NCBI RefSeq assembly: GCF_022539665.2
Contig: NC_081332.1
Span: 6,386,001 to 6,450,000, forward strand
DNA: 64,000 nucleotides
Source: Daphnia carinata
Taxonomy: Eukaryota
Direction of reading: 5' to 3'
Shown here: positions 12,801 to 26,300 of the stretch, in pieces
How the letters are laid out: every line of letters begins with the position of its first letter
Position numbering within the stretch: the first letter of the stretch is position 1
The notes under the pieces: generated by a model
Seen by the model: the letters and a program-made list of their open reading frames with translations, nothing else
Told to the model about the DNA's origin: nothing
The model's database searches: none
Position numbers and translations under genes: made by a program

Positions 12801-15800
12801 TCCAGCCAAGGATAAATCAAAACAAATTTTTAAAAGCATGATAAAAGAAAAATTATTTACAAAGATAAAAAATTAATAAGGAAGACTAGGCACCCATGGG
12901 TGTGGTTGGACGGAAGAGGGCACCCCCTCACCACACGTGAATTTCACTAGGATCCAACTCCTATATGCGAGTGTGTTTGGAACACCGCCGCCGCCGCTGA
13001 GGTTATTGCTGTTATTACAGTTGTCGTGTTTCATCTTTTTCTTAGCATTTTACGATCACGGCTTGCAAATAGAGAGAAAGCCACTGAACTCTGCAGTCTT
13101 TCATCATCAAACTCTGCAGCGCTCGTTTTGCCATTTTAACCGCAAGAGCGAAAAAAAATAATAAATAAATGAACGCGGGCGGTTTGGACTTACCGATCGG
13201 CGCCCCTTCTTTTTTTTTTTGTATAATTTTTTTACAATCAACCCACCCAGACATTAACCCACGCGCATAGTAACAAGCTAGAAAGAAAATAAAAAAAAGC
13301 ATTTAATGACCTATCAAACGTCTTTTTTTTTTCCGCACATGGCGGCGGCGATTGAAATGGGCGCGCGCGCGATCGGACCTGGTCGGACGCAGCGCTGCCG
13401 ACAAAGAGACCGCGGCAACGACGTCGGATACCTTGTCAATGCTCACTCAACCAGATTGGACATTTCACCGCCTTATAGCGTCGCATTTCGCCTCTTCTTC
13501 AAAATAAGGAAAAACAAAACAAAACAGGAGGGGGGGAGGGGGGAGGGAAATGTTGCGCGTACTGTATTTACAATCAAACGGAAGGCGGCAGCTCAGGTAG
13601 ACTTACGATGAGGCATTTGAATTTTTGTTTTGTTTCTTAAAAAAAAAAAAAATGATGATGAAACTTGATATTTGATGATATCGTTACCTAAACGAGTCCC
13701 TAGGCCGAGCAATATCAAAAATTATTATTTTTGTTTTTGTTTTTGAAAATGTAAACCGACTCCATCAACCTCATAGTGTGCAATACAACATCAAAGCAAA
13801 AAAACCTTTTTTGTGTTTTTACAGGGAGGGGGGGGGGGGTTAGGAATCAAACCTTTAAAAAACACACCGCTTGTTTCATTGGGTTGTATACGCTCTGTCG
13901 TGTGTTATGTGTACAATAACGGTGTGTGTATACGATAAGATATGGAAAATGTTTTAAAAAAAGAGGAAGAGGATGAATAAATAAATAAGCAAAAGACCCG
14001 CAATGGCGGCGGCGGCGGCGGCATATAAAAAAGAGTATAGATAGCGGAAAGGTGGGGGCTGTTTCTTTTTTTTTTTTTTTCTTCCAAGGACCCCCGCCCC
14101 TTGGCTCGTTAATTAGGTCGCCATTAAACAAGAATGTTATATCTATCCCAGCACCCAACCCTCCGCTGTGTTTCTCTCTTCTGTCTCTCTCTCTCTCCGG
14201 CTTGCCTTTCATGTTTATTTTTTAGCGCTCGTGGACTCCGGGATCTCATCTTCCATATCGTATTCTCCCTTCACTACCTTTAAGCATTAAAACAACGCCC
14301 CGAGTTTGGGATGTTGTATTCCGATCAGGTAACGAAGAATGCAGTCGGCATGGCTCCCCTTCATCTGCATCCCGACTCGTTTATCCATTTTCAAACCTTT
14401 TCTCATAGAATGGGGGCCCCTTGTCTCTCATTTTGGAACATTTTTGTTGTGTTTTTTTTTTTTTTATAGTTTTAGATATACGACCTGAAAAAATCAACAA
14501 TCGACATCGTTTCCAATTTGTATTTGTAAAATAAAAAAAAAAAAAAAAAGAACCTTTCGGGATAAAAGAGGAACGGCAACCAAATACTAATGGATGTTTG
14601 GCCTCCTCCCGTCTAGCCCTCCAACGTTGGTCGCTTACGTCATTGTTTAGGTCTTATTTGTTTGTACACGGCCATGAAAATCGGTATACCAGAGATGGCT
14701 ATAAAAAATGCAACGAACCTCTGCTATCCAGTAAATCCTATCCCTTTTAATATACCAGCAGGAAATAACCCCCAAAAATAGGCAAAATAAAGATACGGGG
14801 GATGTTAGGGGAAAAACATAAAATACATAAAAATATTTAAAGAAAAAAAAAAAAAAAAAAAAAAAAAAAGACAAAGATTAGGTTCCACTTACTACACCCC
14901 CCCCCCCCCTCCCTAAACCGTTGGCATTCTCCCCCTTCATCCTGGGTGGACCGTTTCAATTCCATGAAATGTAAAAATGGCCAAAGAAAAACAAATAAGG
15001 ACTTGGAGATCTGCAGTGATCAATGACCCCGGCCTTATCAGGCTTACGAAATAAAAAACCGAATGCATTTCCGACCAAAAGAAAAAAGAAAAAAGAAAAA
15101 AAAAAGAAATTTGATATTTGTCCATCTTATTCAATACACCCTACTTTTATGTCATTCCAGAATAGACCTATCTGGAAAGATATGGGTAATAATATGGCTC
15201 CATTGTCTGGCATGTTGAACTATATACAGCCATCCAGCGAATTGGCCTCTCGTTACATTTAGTTTGATGAATAACAAGCGCCTTCATCATCTCCTTTTGT
15301 GTGTTTTTTTTCTATGCAGTTAAAAGTTATGAGTTTATTTCAAAACCGATATCGAATTTAAACGATTAAAAATTTGTTGGTTACAGAATTCAAACTAAAA
15401 TGGGCGGATTGAGTCAGTGGCTTAGTCCACTAGACTTAATGAAAAGGCGTTCAACTAAACACATGACACTATATCATGTTCATGACTGGCTTGTTCCTCT
15501 TCCTCCCCTCTGCTCATTTGATAGTTCAATGGTGCACAGGTGATGAGATGAACGACCCCGTAAGCTCGTTGTGTAGGATCGATTTTTTCAGGTAAGACGT
15601 CCCACCTGATTACGAGGGCTATGAGGTGGGCACTTGTATCCATAACTAGACTATTGACTTATGAACGGAAAAATGGGATTAGATTTAAAGAGAAGCCCGT
15701 GTCTTTAGCTCGTTACCTCCCAGTTTGGAAATCTTATGATTTGGACAATTGATTTTTAAAATAGGAAAAAATAAATGATTTGAAAGAAGGAACGAGTTTC

Positions 15801-16516
15801 TAGTGTTGCGTCGTAACGCAAGTTTAGGTTCACCGTTCCATTAAGTTCGTCTATTACTCCAAGAGAAGCCCGTTCTTTGGGAAACATTGACCAACGTTGA
15901 ATATGGATTACGTAACTGCACTCACGAGCTATGAAAGGTTATCGATGACGAATGATTGAATTGCCTTGGCAACTCCTCCATGTAGAGGGAAGAGAATCGG
16001 ACGAAGTAGCGGGTATTTCTTAAGTTAAAATCAAAAGAAAAAAAAAAAATTTATTAAAATAATAAATTATAGATTCGAATCACGTAGAGAGTTCGACGGT
16101 AGCAAGAGGTTATCGTTCCGGCGAGCCTTCCATGTTTCAGAACGCTAAGGAATGAGACACGCAAAAACACTCTGGCCCAACTATTTTTTCTCCCTTTCAT
16201 CTCAACACCACCAGCCCCTCGTTTTTATCCGACTGCCTTCTCCGTTTCGTCAGCCTTCGACACCGACCGAAACGAAAAGGGAAAAAGGCCGAGAAAAGTA
16301 TTAATGACGTTTCGAATAGAAAAAGGAGCGATTCTTTAAACTCTCTCTATATATACTTTCATTTCTATACACTCTCGTTTTGAGTCACTCTTAGATGATC
16401 GATATTTCCTCGTCCTTAGCGATGCCCAAAAATGGTCGATCCGAAACGGACAGAGATGGAAAGCACAACGAAAGAAAAAAGAACGAAAAGCGAATGACGA
16501 ATTGAATGGAAGACTC

Positions 16517-16523
<7 letters not shown>

Positions 16524-16548
<25 letters not shown>
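16524..16548. repeat. (TC)n microsatellite
   Basis: Direct TC run. Confidence 0.9.
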
Positions 16549-19500
16549 ATGCTGGGGTTAGTAGAAATGCAACCTAATCGAATCGGCACGTCGAGAAGTT
16601 GAGTGGCTTTTGCTGTTGTGCCTAAGTAGGACTCTCTTTTTTTTTCTTTTCTTTTTTTTTCTTTGCCTTTCCCCGTCCTCAACCGACAGGGTCCTTTGAT
16701 CCAAGACGGCCGTCATTTTTGACCATGTTTTTTTTTAAGATATCGAACGGTGAGGCTTCTCTGTCTCTTCCACCGTTCGACATTGTGTCCACATCAAACG
16801 AAGAGCAAGCCGCCGAATGCTATCGTCGGACGTAGTTCGTATGATGAGGTTAGTTTCTAAACAATCAAAGATCCGCTTTTGAGGGACTAATTCGAGCATA
16901 GAGTCGACTGACGTCGGTCCGACAACAACACGAGCTGGAAAACAGGAAACAATGAAGCAAGCATGTAGCCGTGTGCGATACAAAAGACAAGATGTCGGCC
17001 ACAAAAGAACACCAGGGTCAAGTGTGTACCTTGTTCCAACCACCACCTAGCCCCCCGTTCTTTTTTTGTTTTTTGTTATCGTACAAAAAAAAATAAGAAA
17101 ATGCAACCGGAAGAGCATGGGCCATTGTTACACTTCATAATCGAGGGTTGTTGAAAGAATCAGTTAAGCAACAAAGACCGACGAACCCCTTTATACTAAT
17201 AGATAAAAATAAATAAATAAATAAAGAAGAAAGGAAGCCCCTTATTTACTCTTAATGAGATTGCTATTTAACAATATAAAGTAGCCCAAAATTGAAACTA
17301 GGGAAAAGCAACATTTCAAAGGAGGGAAGGAAACAAAAAAAAAAGAGAGTAAAAGTTGAAGACAAAATAAATTTAAAAAAAAAAATGGATTTGTCGGATG
17401 TTGGGTCGATGTTGCATAATCCGGAGATCTACAAATTCCGGGTGAAATGTTTTGTGCGTTTGGCTGGCCGATGGGACAAGGGGGGATGGATTCGATATGG
17501 GGCATTATATATATCTCTATGTATAATTGAACCTTGATATTTATCGCCGTGTTTCCCGCGGGTGGCAGTGTGATTGCCACAAGGACCCCCTCTAACTCCG
17601 TGCCTAAGCACAGAACCCCCCCCCCCCCCAAAAAAAAAACCAAAAAAAAACCAAGGGCATGTGTGGCACAGCGGAGGTATCCAGTCAAAAGCAATACACA
17701 ACAGCGGTAGGTACGCAGTATATATACTGTATCTATATATTTTTTTTTCTCGTTCTTTTTTTTTTTTTTCCATTTTTATTTATCGCTGCATAATAAACGA
17801 GTACCCTGCTGCACAATGGTGCGGACGGGGGTGTCTGCGTGTGAGCATGTGGTGTGTGTATATGTGCGTGTGTGTGTATGGCGCGGCGATCACGCTGCGA
17901 AATCAGCCCACTCGCGGCGACCCGTTGCACCTGTGGATTTCCCATCGGGCTGATTCAATTTCCTCTCGAGTTTGTTGGTAGCTCTCCTTCTTTCTTTTCT
18001 TTTTTTTTTTTTTTTTTTTTTAATCCACCATATACGCCCACGAACCAAATGAACCTTCAGCTATTGCGTCACACACTCTTTTTTTTCGCACCTGAACAAC
18101 CCAATTTGCCGATGTTTTTTTTTCTTTTGCGACACTCAAAAAAAAATGTTTACGATGCGCCGCATCGTTTCGTAAACATAAACGTGCTAAACCAATGATT
18201 GTGCGGGAAATAATAATAATAAAAAAAATAGAAGAGTGACACTTTGCGGTACCTATAGTTGACGTCCGTGCAAAAAAAAAAAAATATCGATACTGCGGTG
18301 CGTCTATAACGGTAAATAATGAGATGAAAGGGATGACGAAACGTCTCATCATTGACGACAATCACGTCAGCGTCGTGCAGCGACTACAAAATAAGAAGAA
18401 GTTAGGGTATAGTCGTGCGAAAGAGCACACGGCATCGCTGAGTACACGCACGAATTAAAGCAAGTTCTCAAGCCCAACAAACGGCTGTTGATTTTCAATT
18501 GAAAGTAGATTGAATTCTTCTTTTTTTTTTTTTACTTTTCAATAGTCACACTATTAATAACACTTGAAAAGAGAGTGACAACAAACAAACAGAAAAAAAA
18601 AATAAAAAAAAATAAAATAAATAACATTCCTCGAAGCTCTTTTGCGTCCGCTTCTCGGCTTTCACGTCGGCACGACGCAGCATTCGACACCTTCATGGCG
18701 TTTCGGATTCCACGTCCCCCCCCCTCCCCACCATCCTAAATGACGCCAAACAATCGAACAACTCACAATGTTTAATGGCTTTTTGTTGGACTGTTCGTAA
18801 TCAAACATCGACACCCTCACACGACGGGGGCCTTTCGACGATAATGTCTCAACTGAATGGCGATGTTTTTTTTTTTTTTCTCAATGATTCGTCTGAAAAT
18901 AGCGACGGGCCGCCGGTGGAAGGCCAGCCAACATCCATCGGGAAGCGCATTCAACACACAACAAGCGCCACCAATCAAGTAAGTCATTCGTCATCATCAA
19001 AGGTGTACCAAAAATGGCGGCGAGACACCTAGCCTTTATTTTTCGTCACTACCTACGAGAAATATGTATGACATGTCCTCGATAGTTCGTTTTTGTTGAC
19101 ATTGGCTTCATCGAAATCACTTCCCACGACTAAGCCCCGCTGGCCGTGTGCGGGGCGCACGGTGTGCACAAAACTCCACAGGCATTCACGACGTATAAAC
19201 AAATCGAGCCTTTTTCTCAAAAAAAAAATAAAAACATTTGAGAGTTTCTTATACACATAGATATACGCAGTGCGCGAGTTTTGAACGAAAAGAAGTGCTT
19301 CATCATCGCTTGTCGATTTGCAACGGATCAGTGACGACGACATTACAACAACAACAAAAAAAAAATAAAAACCGGCTGGCAAGAATTGGTGAAAAGCCAA
19401 GAATCGAACGAGGCATTTTGGTGTGCGAATGCTGGCGGTGTTGGTACGTTTATACAAAAAAAAAAAAAAAAAAAAAAAAGGAACAGGTAAACCTAGTGGA

Positions 19501-19732
19501 AATTGCAAATTCAATACAAGCGTTAGAGTCAGAAAAACAAGGAAAGGGTAGGCACGTATAGTTTGGCCAAATGTATTGGCTAACACGAAAAATATACTCT
19601 AAACACATCAGGAACTTGTTGTGCTGCTCAGCTTGTTTTATTACATTACAACGAAAACATTTTCTTTCTTTTCTTTTTTTCCTAAATGCCATGAGTTCTT
19701 TTTGCTGTGAACGCTAGTGCTATCCCGTGTAC

Positions 19733-19733
<1 letters not shown>

Positions 19734-19779
<46 letters not shown>

Positions 19780-19782
19780 ACA
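19734..19782. repeat. (AC)n microsatellite, longest I noticed in the window
   Basis: About 49 nt AC run with one interruption. Confidence 0.9.
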
Positions 19783-22700
19783 AAATAAGGATGGAAAAAT
19801 AGACAAAGTGTAATTCACTAAAAAGACGAAATAACTCGGCATTGTCTTTGATCGGGTCTCGTCGCCGGCAAAGAAAAGTTTAGGGTTAGACGGAGTTCTT
19901 ATTCACGTCAAGACGCAGAAAGCCAAAATGGGCGTAAAAATAAAAACTAACCGCATCTAAACTACAGATTCGAATCAATAGAACCGTTATTCAATTTGCA
20001 AAACAGCTAGAGGCGAGTCGGTTAGCGTAGACTTGCTGAATACTGATGTAACTTTAGTTGGAAATGGAATGGCCCAATACTTTGCTCAGTACGCATTTCA
20101 TTCCCAAACGACGTTACGCATCCGTTTGTCCAAATGTTGGATGATGACGCCATCTTCCTGTCGGGACACGTTCACACAAAAAAAAAATTAGGAAATGAAA
20201 CACGAATTTCAATAATAGAAAATTAAAGAAATAAAACAAAAGCAATTCGAGAATATCAATTCGTTTTTTTTTTTTTTTTCTGCTTCATTGCTCCTAAATT
20301 TGAGTAGAAGCCCACCCGCTGTGTTCCAAAACTGGCGGAGTTTAAGCTTCGAAACCAGTGATGACAACCCTTCTGCCATTTCACGACGGCGAAATAATTA
20401 ACTACACCACTACCGATAAGCCTGGACTATTTTTATTTTTTTTTAAATTCTAATTAAAAAAAAAACAAGCGCAAAAGAATAATAGAAAATACAAAAACCC
20501 AACTAACTAAAACAGACGCGCTACGCCCAACCAACAACGAACGAAAACGATGTCTCGCTTGGTTTGCTTGCCAGATCGGACAGGACGGCGGAACGTGCTT
20601 CTATCGTCGTTTGCATGTCGTCGTTCTAGTCATAATTACTGGACTTGGCCTTCGTGCCAAAAACAAAACAAAACAAAAAAAAGAAAATCAAAGACGAAAA
20701 GCGTATAGGGACCGGGTGCGCGTTGGCTCATGAACCCTTTGCGTGAATGGCGTGACGATTGGAATCGTTTTGGCTATTAATAAATACGACAAGAATTTGC
20801 CGCGCGCAACGGGCGGCCAGGACAAGAGTCTATTCTCTTCGGCTTTATAAATATAGCTCCGTCATTATGTCATTTTCGTGTTCTATACAGGGCGAGTGAG
20901 GGAACATGAGTATATTTTTAGTAGGCAGAGCGGGAATGAAAAAGAAAAAATAAAATCAATTCAAAAAAAAATAAATCCGAACAAAAATAAGAAAAATCAC
21001 AAGGGCGGTTGGTTAGTAAGGAAGAAAGAGATGCAGATGCCGGATCGGATACGGGCGGGAAAGCCGGCGGTTGGGCGACGTGGGCCATTTCAAATCTCAT
21101 CGACCGTTTCGGTGAGCTAAGAGTTCCCGTTTTCGTGGTTGCGGAAAAGACAAACAGAGAAGAAAAAAAAAAAAAAAAACAGCACGCGGGCCGGAGATGA
21201 AGAGCAATGTGTGCCGTCGCTATAGGGACAAAAAGAAAGTCAATATTGAAGCCTAGGATATATATATATATATATATTCTGCGATGTAGATATTGAGGTA
21301 GGCAAACATGGAGAAGCTGAACCGAAATGAAACACTCATGAAAACGCTTGCAAACAAGAATGCTGCACAAAGGAGGAAAACAAAATATGGCCCGCTGCCT
21401 TCTTTTCCCCTATATATTTGGTATTATGCATGCCCGGTATGGGGTTCACGAGAAATTTAATTAAACGGAATGAAATAAATAAAATTTTTTTTATATAAAA
21501 AGGAAAGAGTTAAAAAAAAAATAAATAAATAAAACCCCGAAAAGTCAAGATGATTTCCAGGAGCTTTGAGGTTTTTGACACACATTTTCATAAAGAGTAT
21601 TGGGCAGAAACTCATTAGAAACAGCGCATAACCAGCTGATGGAGGGCCCGCTCCGAAGAAGGAGAGAATGGGAACACGAATTGAAGGGCCTTAATCGTCA
21701 TGCATTCAAACGGTCTTGTTTAGATGTATTTCTTCGTTAACAAATATACAGAAAGAAATTGGGACAAAAATCAAGCCTGTCATTCAATGCAACTACATTG
21801 AAATCTATTCACCGGTTGCTGCCTTCTTTTAGTGAAACGGTAATAGCGCAATCAGTGGAACACAGGTAGTTTGTTTTCTTTTGCACTCTGTTTCGTTCCT
21901 GTTGCCCATACGTCTATAGCAGCTACCAAAAAAAAACAAAAAAAAAACACACCATCCTCTTTAATGATGGCCAACATCAAATAGGACAGCTGTTAGATGT
22001 TCACATTTGCGATAAAATAGGATGAAATAAATAATCATAATAAAAAAAAGAAAACAATATTAAAGAGAGAAAATTACCAACCAGGTTGAACAGATATCGA
22101 ACAGATGATGTTCAATGGATATGGAGTGGGTCGGCTACCCGTCTGCTGTTCCGGGCGGACTCTTTTACGTGAATACAAACCTCAACTCTTCAACCCTTTT
22201 TTTTTTTTTTTTTTTTTTTTTTGTTCCAGTGATACACCCCCCTCTTTCTCATCCTACTCTTCTCCGCCCCATTCAAACAAAAAATATACTTCACCGCCAG
22301 TATCACACACACACACACAGAAGGTTTAGCTATTGAAATCGTGCCAGATTGCCAGTAGCACCTGACAAATATCAGGAACAGAAAAGGAAGAGAATGAGAG
22401 TCGTCCCCCCTCTTTCTCATCCCATTATGATTGCGACCTCTTAGGCTCTTACCGACCTTGCAATTTGCCACGCTTCCATTTTATTCCGGCCATTATGTGT
22501 AGATAAATATGAACGGGTAACACACTGAATAGGGAAAAAAAAAAAAAAAAAGACCCGACCAGTGCAATCAGCGGAGCTTCTTTTTCTTTCTTCCAAAATG
22601 ACTCGCTAAATAGGAAGCAATTCGGGTGATAGCAGAACTTGAAGAAGAGCCACAGAACCCAGGAAAAAAAAAAAAAAAAGAAAAAAAAAAGCCTCTAAAA

Positions 22701-23136
22701 CCCCCCGTCATTAAGATGATGATACAGATGGAGGTGGGACACAACTATTTAACCACCTTTACACGCGGACACCCAAAGCGGGAGATTATAAACGATAATG
22801 AACCGTGGCCACACATCGTGTATAGAAGAAGAAAAAAAAAGGGAGTTTGAAGGACTTTTAGGAAATTACATAACAGCTGTTAAGACCGTAAGATACTGAC
22901 ACGAAAAGCAAAAAGAAATGAAAATACAGTGTATAATCATTGCCACCCTTGACAAAACGGAACGAGCAAAACAGCCGAAAAAGGTTTCGCTCGACATAAT
23001 AAAAGCGTAGAACGAAACGACATTTTACTGTTCCCCAGTCGACTTCTGCTTCGTTACAGGTGAATAAATGGCCGCTCTTACAGGTAGCCCCTATTAACTC
23101 ACGCTGCGCTTAAGCGTCGGACCTTGATTGGTTCGA

Positions 23137-23141
<5 letters not shown>

Positions 23142-23172
<31 letters not shown>
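23142..23172. repeat. (TG)n microsatellite
   Basis: Direct TG run. Confidence 0.9.
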
Positions 23173-23174
<2 letters not shown>

Positions 23175-23332
23175 CGGAACTGGGTCGGAATCAAGCGACC
23201 CCCACAATTTCAAACAGCCCAAGTCTGACGCCAGCTAGCGACGATATGTATAAGAAGACAACAACAATAAAAAAATACAGACGTGTTTCTGAAGAGCCCA
23301 CAGGATAAGTCCGGGGAAAATTCATTTTTCGA

Positions 23333-23356
23333 CAACAACAACAACAACAACAACAA
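23333..23356. repeat. (CAA)n microsatellite
   Basis: Direct ACA/CAA trinucleotide run. Confidence 0.85.
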
Positions 23357-26300
23357 AAAAAAAATGATAGCCTCATTATCTAGCAGGCGGGCGGGCCAGC
23401 AGTCATTATAATCAAAAGAGCGCGCGAGAGAGAGAGAGAAGCTGTAAGTGCTGGAAACAACAGCAACACGAACTTTGAAGAGACAACGGCCACAAAAAGA
23501 AAAATATATATTTATATGTAGAATATGAAAAGGAAGCAAAGAAATGTTTGAAACTTAACCCCCCCCCCCCTTCAGAAAACAACACAAAAAACAAAAAAAA
23601 AGAGGCCATTATTGTTCATGAGCACAACAACAGCGCCGTCTAAACAACAGGTGCTGTGGCGCATCAGGCATCAGGCATCACAACAATTCCAAAGATGATG
23701 CGCCCGAAAAAAATGAAAAAAAAAAAAAAGATCTTACAAGGGGCTTGTGTTCCATTATTGGCGGCCAGGTCAGCCCGGCCACTATTCATTTCTTTTTTGT
23801 GTTTAATTTTTATTTTGCTTGTTGTAGCTGTTTGGTTAAACTATATATATATATATATATATATATTTTTGTAGGCTTTAATCACAATGGTTTTCTACCT
23901 TAATGCCTTTGAAGGGCACCGACACGAAACAACAACAAAAAACACACACCTACGAACAAAATCGTAATAAAAGACAAAAAAAAAAAAAAAAAGAAAACTG
24001 ATGAAAAGGAAAAGAAAAACAATGATGGAAGGGCGAAAGACAAAGGAAACGCATAATAAATAAAGCGAGGCTGGATCGCGTATGCGAATCACACAGGTGC
24101 CTATGCGAAACGCATTACCATAATAACAAACGATCGGCGAAACCGCCTATTGCGGCTGTTCAGCGAGAAGCGCAAAACTTTGCCGTGTTGAATGGCGAAA
24201 CAGAGTAAAAAAAAAATCTGTTAAATACCTGTAATTAGACTAACACGAAATGGCTCACAGCTATGAGCTTCCAATGGCATACACGAAAAAAACAAAAAAA
24301 ACAATCAGTTAGACTTGTGGGAAGAAAACCAAAAAGACCTTTGGGCTGATCTTTAAAAAAAAAAAAAAAACGATCTCCGGAAACATCAGGCTGTAACAGC
24401 CGGTCTATGCTGGGCTCTATTTTGCTCATATCATCTGTACACCCAGGGCTGTATACGACGTACAAAATATTCAATTCGCTTTGTTTTGTTTTTTTTTGTT
24501 TTTTTTTTGTTTTTCTCTCGCTATCTGTTCCATGCGAAACAATCGTGACAGCAACAGTTGCGTGTCCTGCTCATTAAAATATTCTTCTTCTTTTTTCAGG
24601 CCGTCTATCGCAGTTTTACGTATGTTAAAATAAACGAGGGCCACCAAAAAATTCGGGTTTGGGAATATCAAAAAGATTATTGTAAAAAAAAAAAAAAAAT
24701 AATGAATTCTCTCGATTGTGACTCACATTGAAAATGATATAGACTATGCAGGTTTGGCTATTGTGCTCATTACTTATAAAATACCGCGGGACACATTAAT
24801 TATTGACCAGGAAGTCGAACGTAGAAGTAAGAACGCCACGCTCTATGCAAAGCCTTGTCGAAATATACTGCAGCTATTTTATTTTTTTTTTTTCTTTCTA
24901 TTTCAATTGGGCGCACGAGAGGAAAATCAATTTACGCCAGATTGGCGTGGTACGACCAAGGGCTGTAATCAAAAGAAATTCATTCGGATAAAAAATTTAA
25001 AAAAAAAAAAGGGGAAGGGGGGGGGGGGTTGGGCTGAGATGGGCAATCGTCATCTTCCAAGACCAACAACAACAAAAAAGAAGAAAAGGGCCCGTGAAAA
25101 TGAGTGAAACAACATGGAATCAAGATGATGGTAGCGGCGAGTCACGAAAAACGATTCCGAAATGGCGGTGTTGTTCTCGTTATTATCATGGTCGTGTTGG
25201 TAGTTGGCGAAGGCAGCAAAAAGAACGCAGGCAACCAATAAACCGCCGCCGCCATTCGAGAAAAAAAAAAACACAAAAAAAAACGAGAGACCCGGATGAA
25301 AAGGGATCCCGCGGCCATCCGTAGCACTTACCTCTACGCGTGTATTGTTCTTTTTTTTTTCTTTTCTTTTCTCCTTTGTTGTCCCTCCCATAACTCAACG
25401 GGCAAATAAGACGGGCGGCCACCTCGAAGAAAACAAAAAAAAAAAAAAAAAAGTGAATTGAATTGAACCCGCCGGTTCACCTGTTCGGCCCATGACAGCT
25501 GTGTGTTAATTGGGATCGTCGTTCCTCTCTTTCAACATTACCTTTCGTGTTCCCCCCCCCTCCACTCTCGCACTTCCACCGGTTCCATACAGCTCTCCGG
25601 TAATTGAAAAAGAAAAAGAGATAATAATAATAAATAAATGAAAAAGGAAGAAACACAAGCCACTCAAAATAAAAATAAATAGCAAATAAAAAAAAAAAAA
25701 AAAAAAAAAGGAAACCTTCAGAAAAAAAAATTGGAGAACCACCACGTAGGTAATGAATTTCGCCCTCGTTAAAAGACAGGGGGCTTTAACGAATTGCGGT
25801 TTGCTCTATTTACGACGTGGGCTGCGGAGACGTAAGGCTCTCGAACTCACTCTGGCATCCACACCCGTTCGAGAGACCATGTGAGCTTCCGTTTTCCTCG
25901 CCTCTGTGGGAAAATTCATTAACCAAAAGTTCGAGACTCACACATTGCGGCTGAAGCTCAAAATTTTAGAAACAAAAGAAAAAAAGAAAAAGGAAATTCG
26001 AACAACATTTCAAAACGAAATCAAAACACCTGGGAAAACTTCTGTTGCTTCCATGTACGCCTAGAGGATGGACGCCTTTTCTACGTCCCACGTTTGCCTA
26101 GTTATCAGAGTATTAACGTCATTGACTTTTGATTGTTGGCATCGTTCCTCCTCTACTTGCATTTGGAGCTTCGTTTCAGGGCTAAACAACAATATCTTAA
26201 ACGAGACACGATCCGTCATCATCAGCCCGCCATTTAAAAAAAAAATAAATAAATAAATAAAAAATAAAAATGAAAAAAAAAAAAAAAAAAAAAAAAAATC

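Noticed and set aside
15455..15643. IDPTQRAY as a possible tarsal-less/mille-pattes LDPTGxY peptide
   Set aside because: Motif mismatch, and no repeated short ORFs of that type nearby.
21783..21802. Reverse complement resembles miR-33 (TGTAGTTGCATTG)
   Set aside because: Seed mismatched, only a small 7-bp stem, and no SREBP host gene evident.
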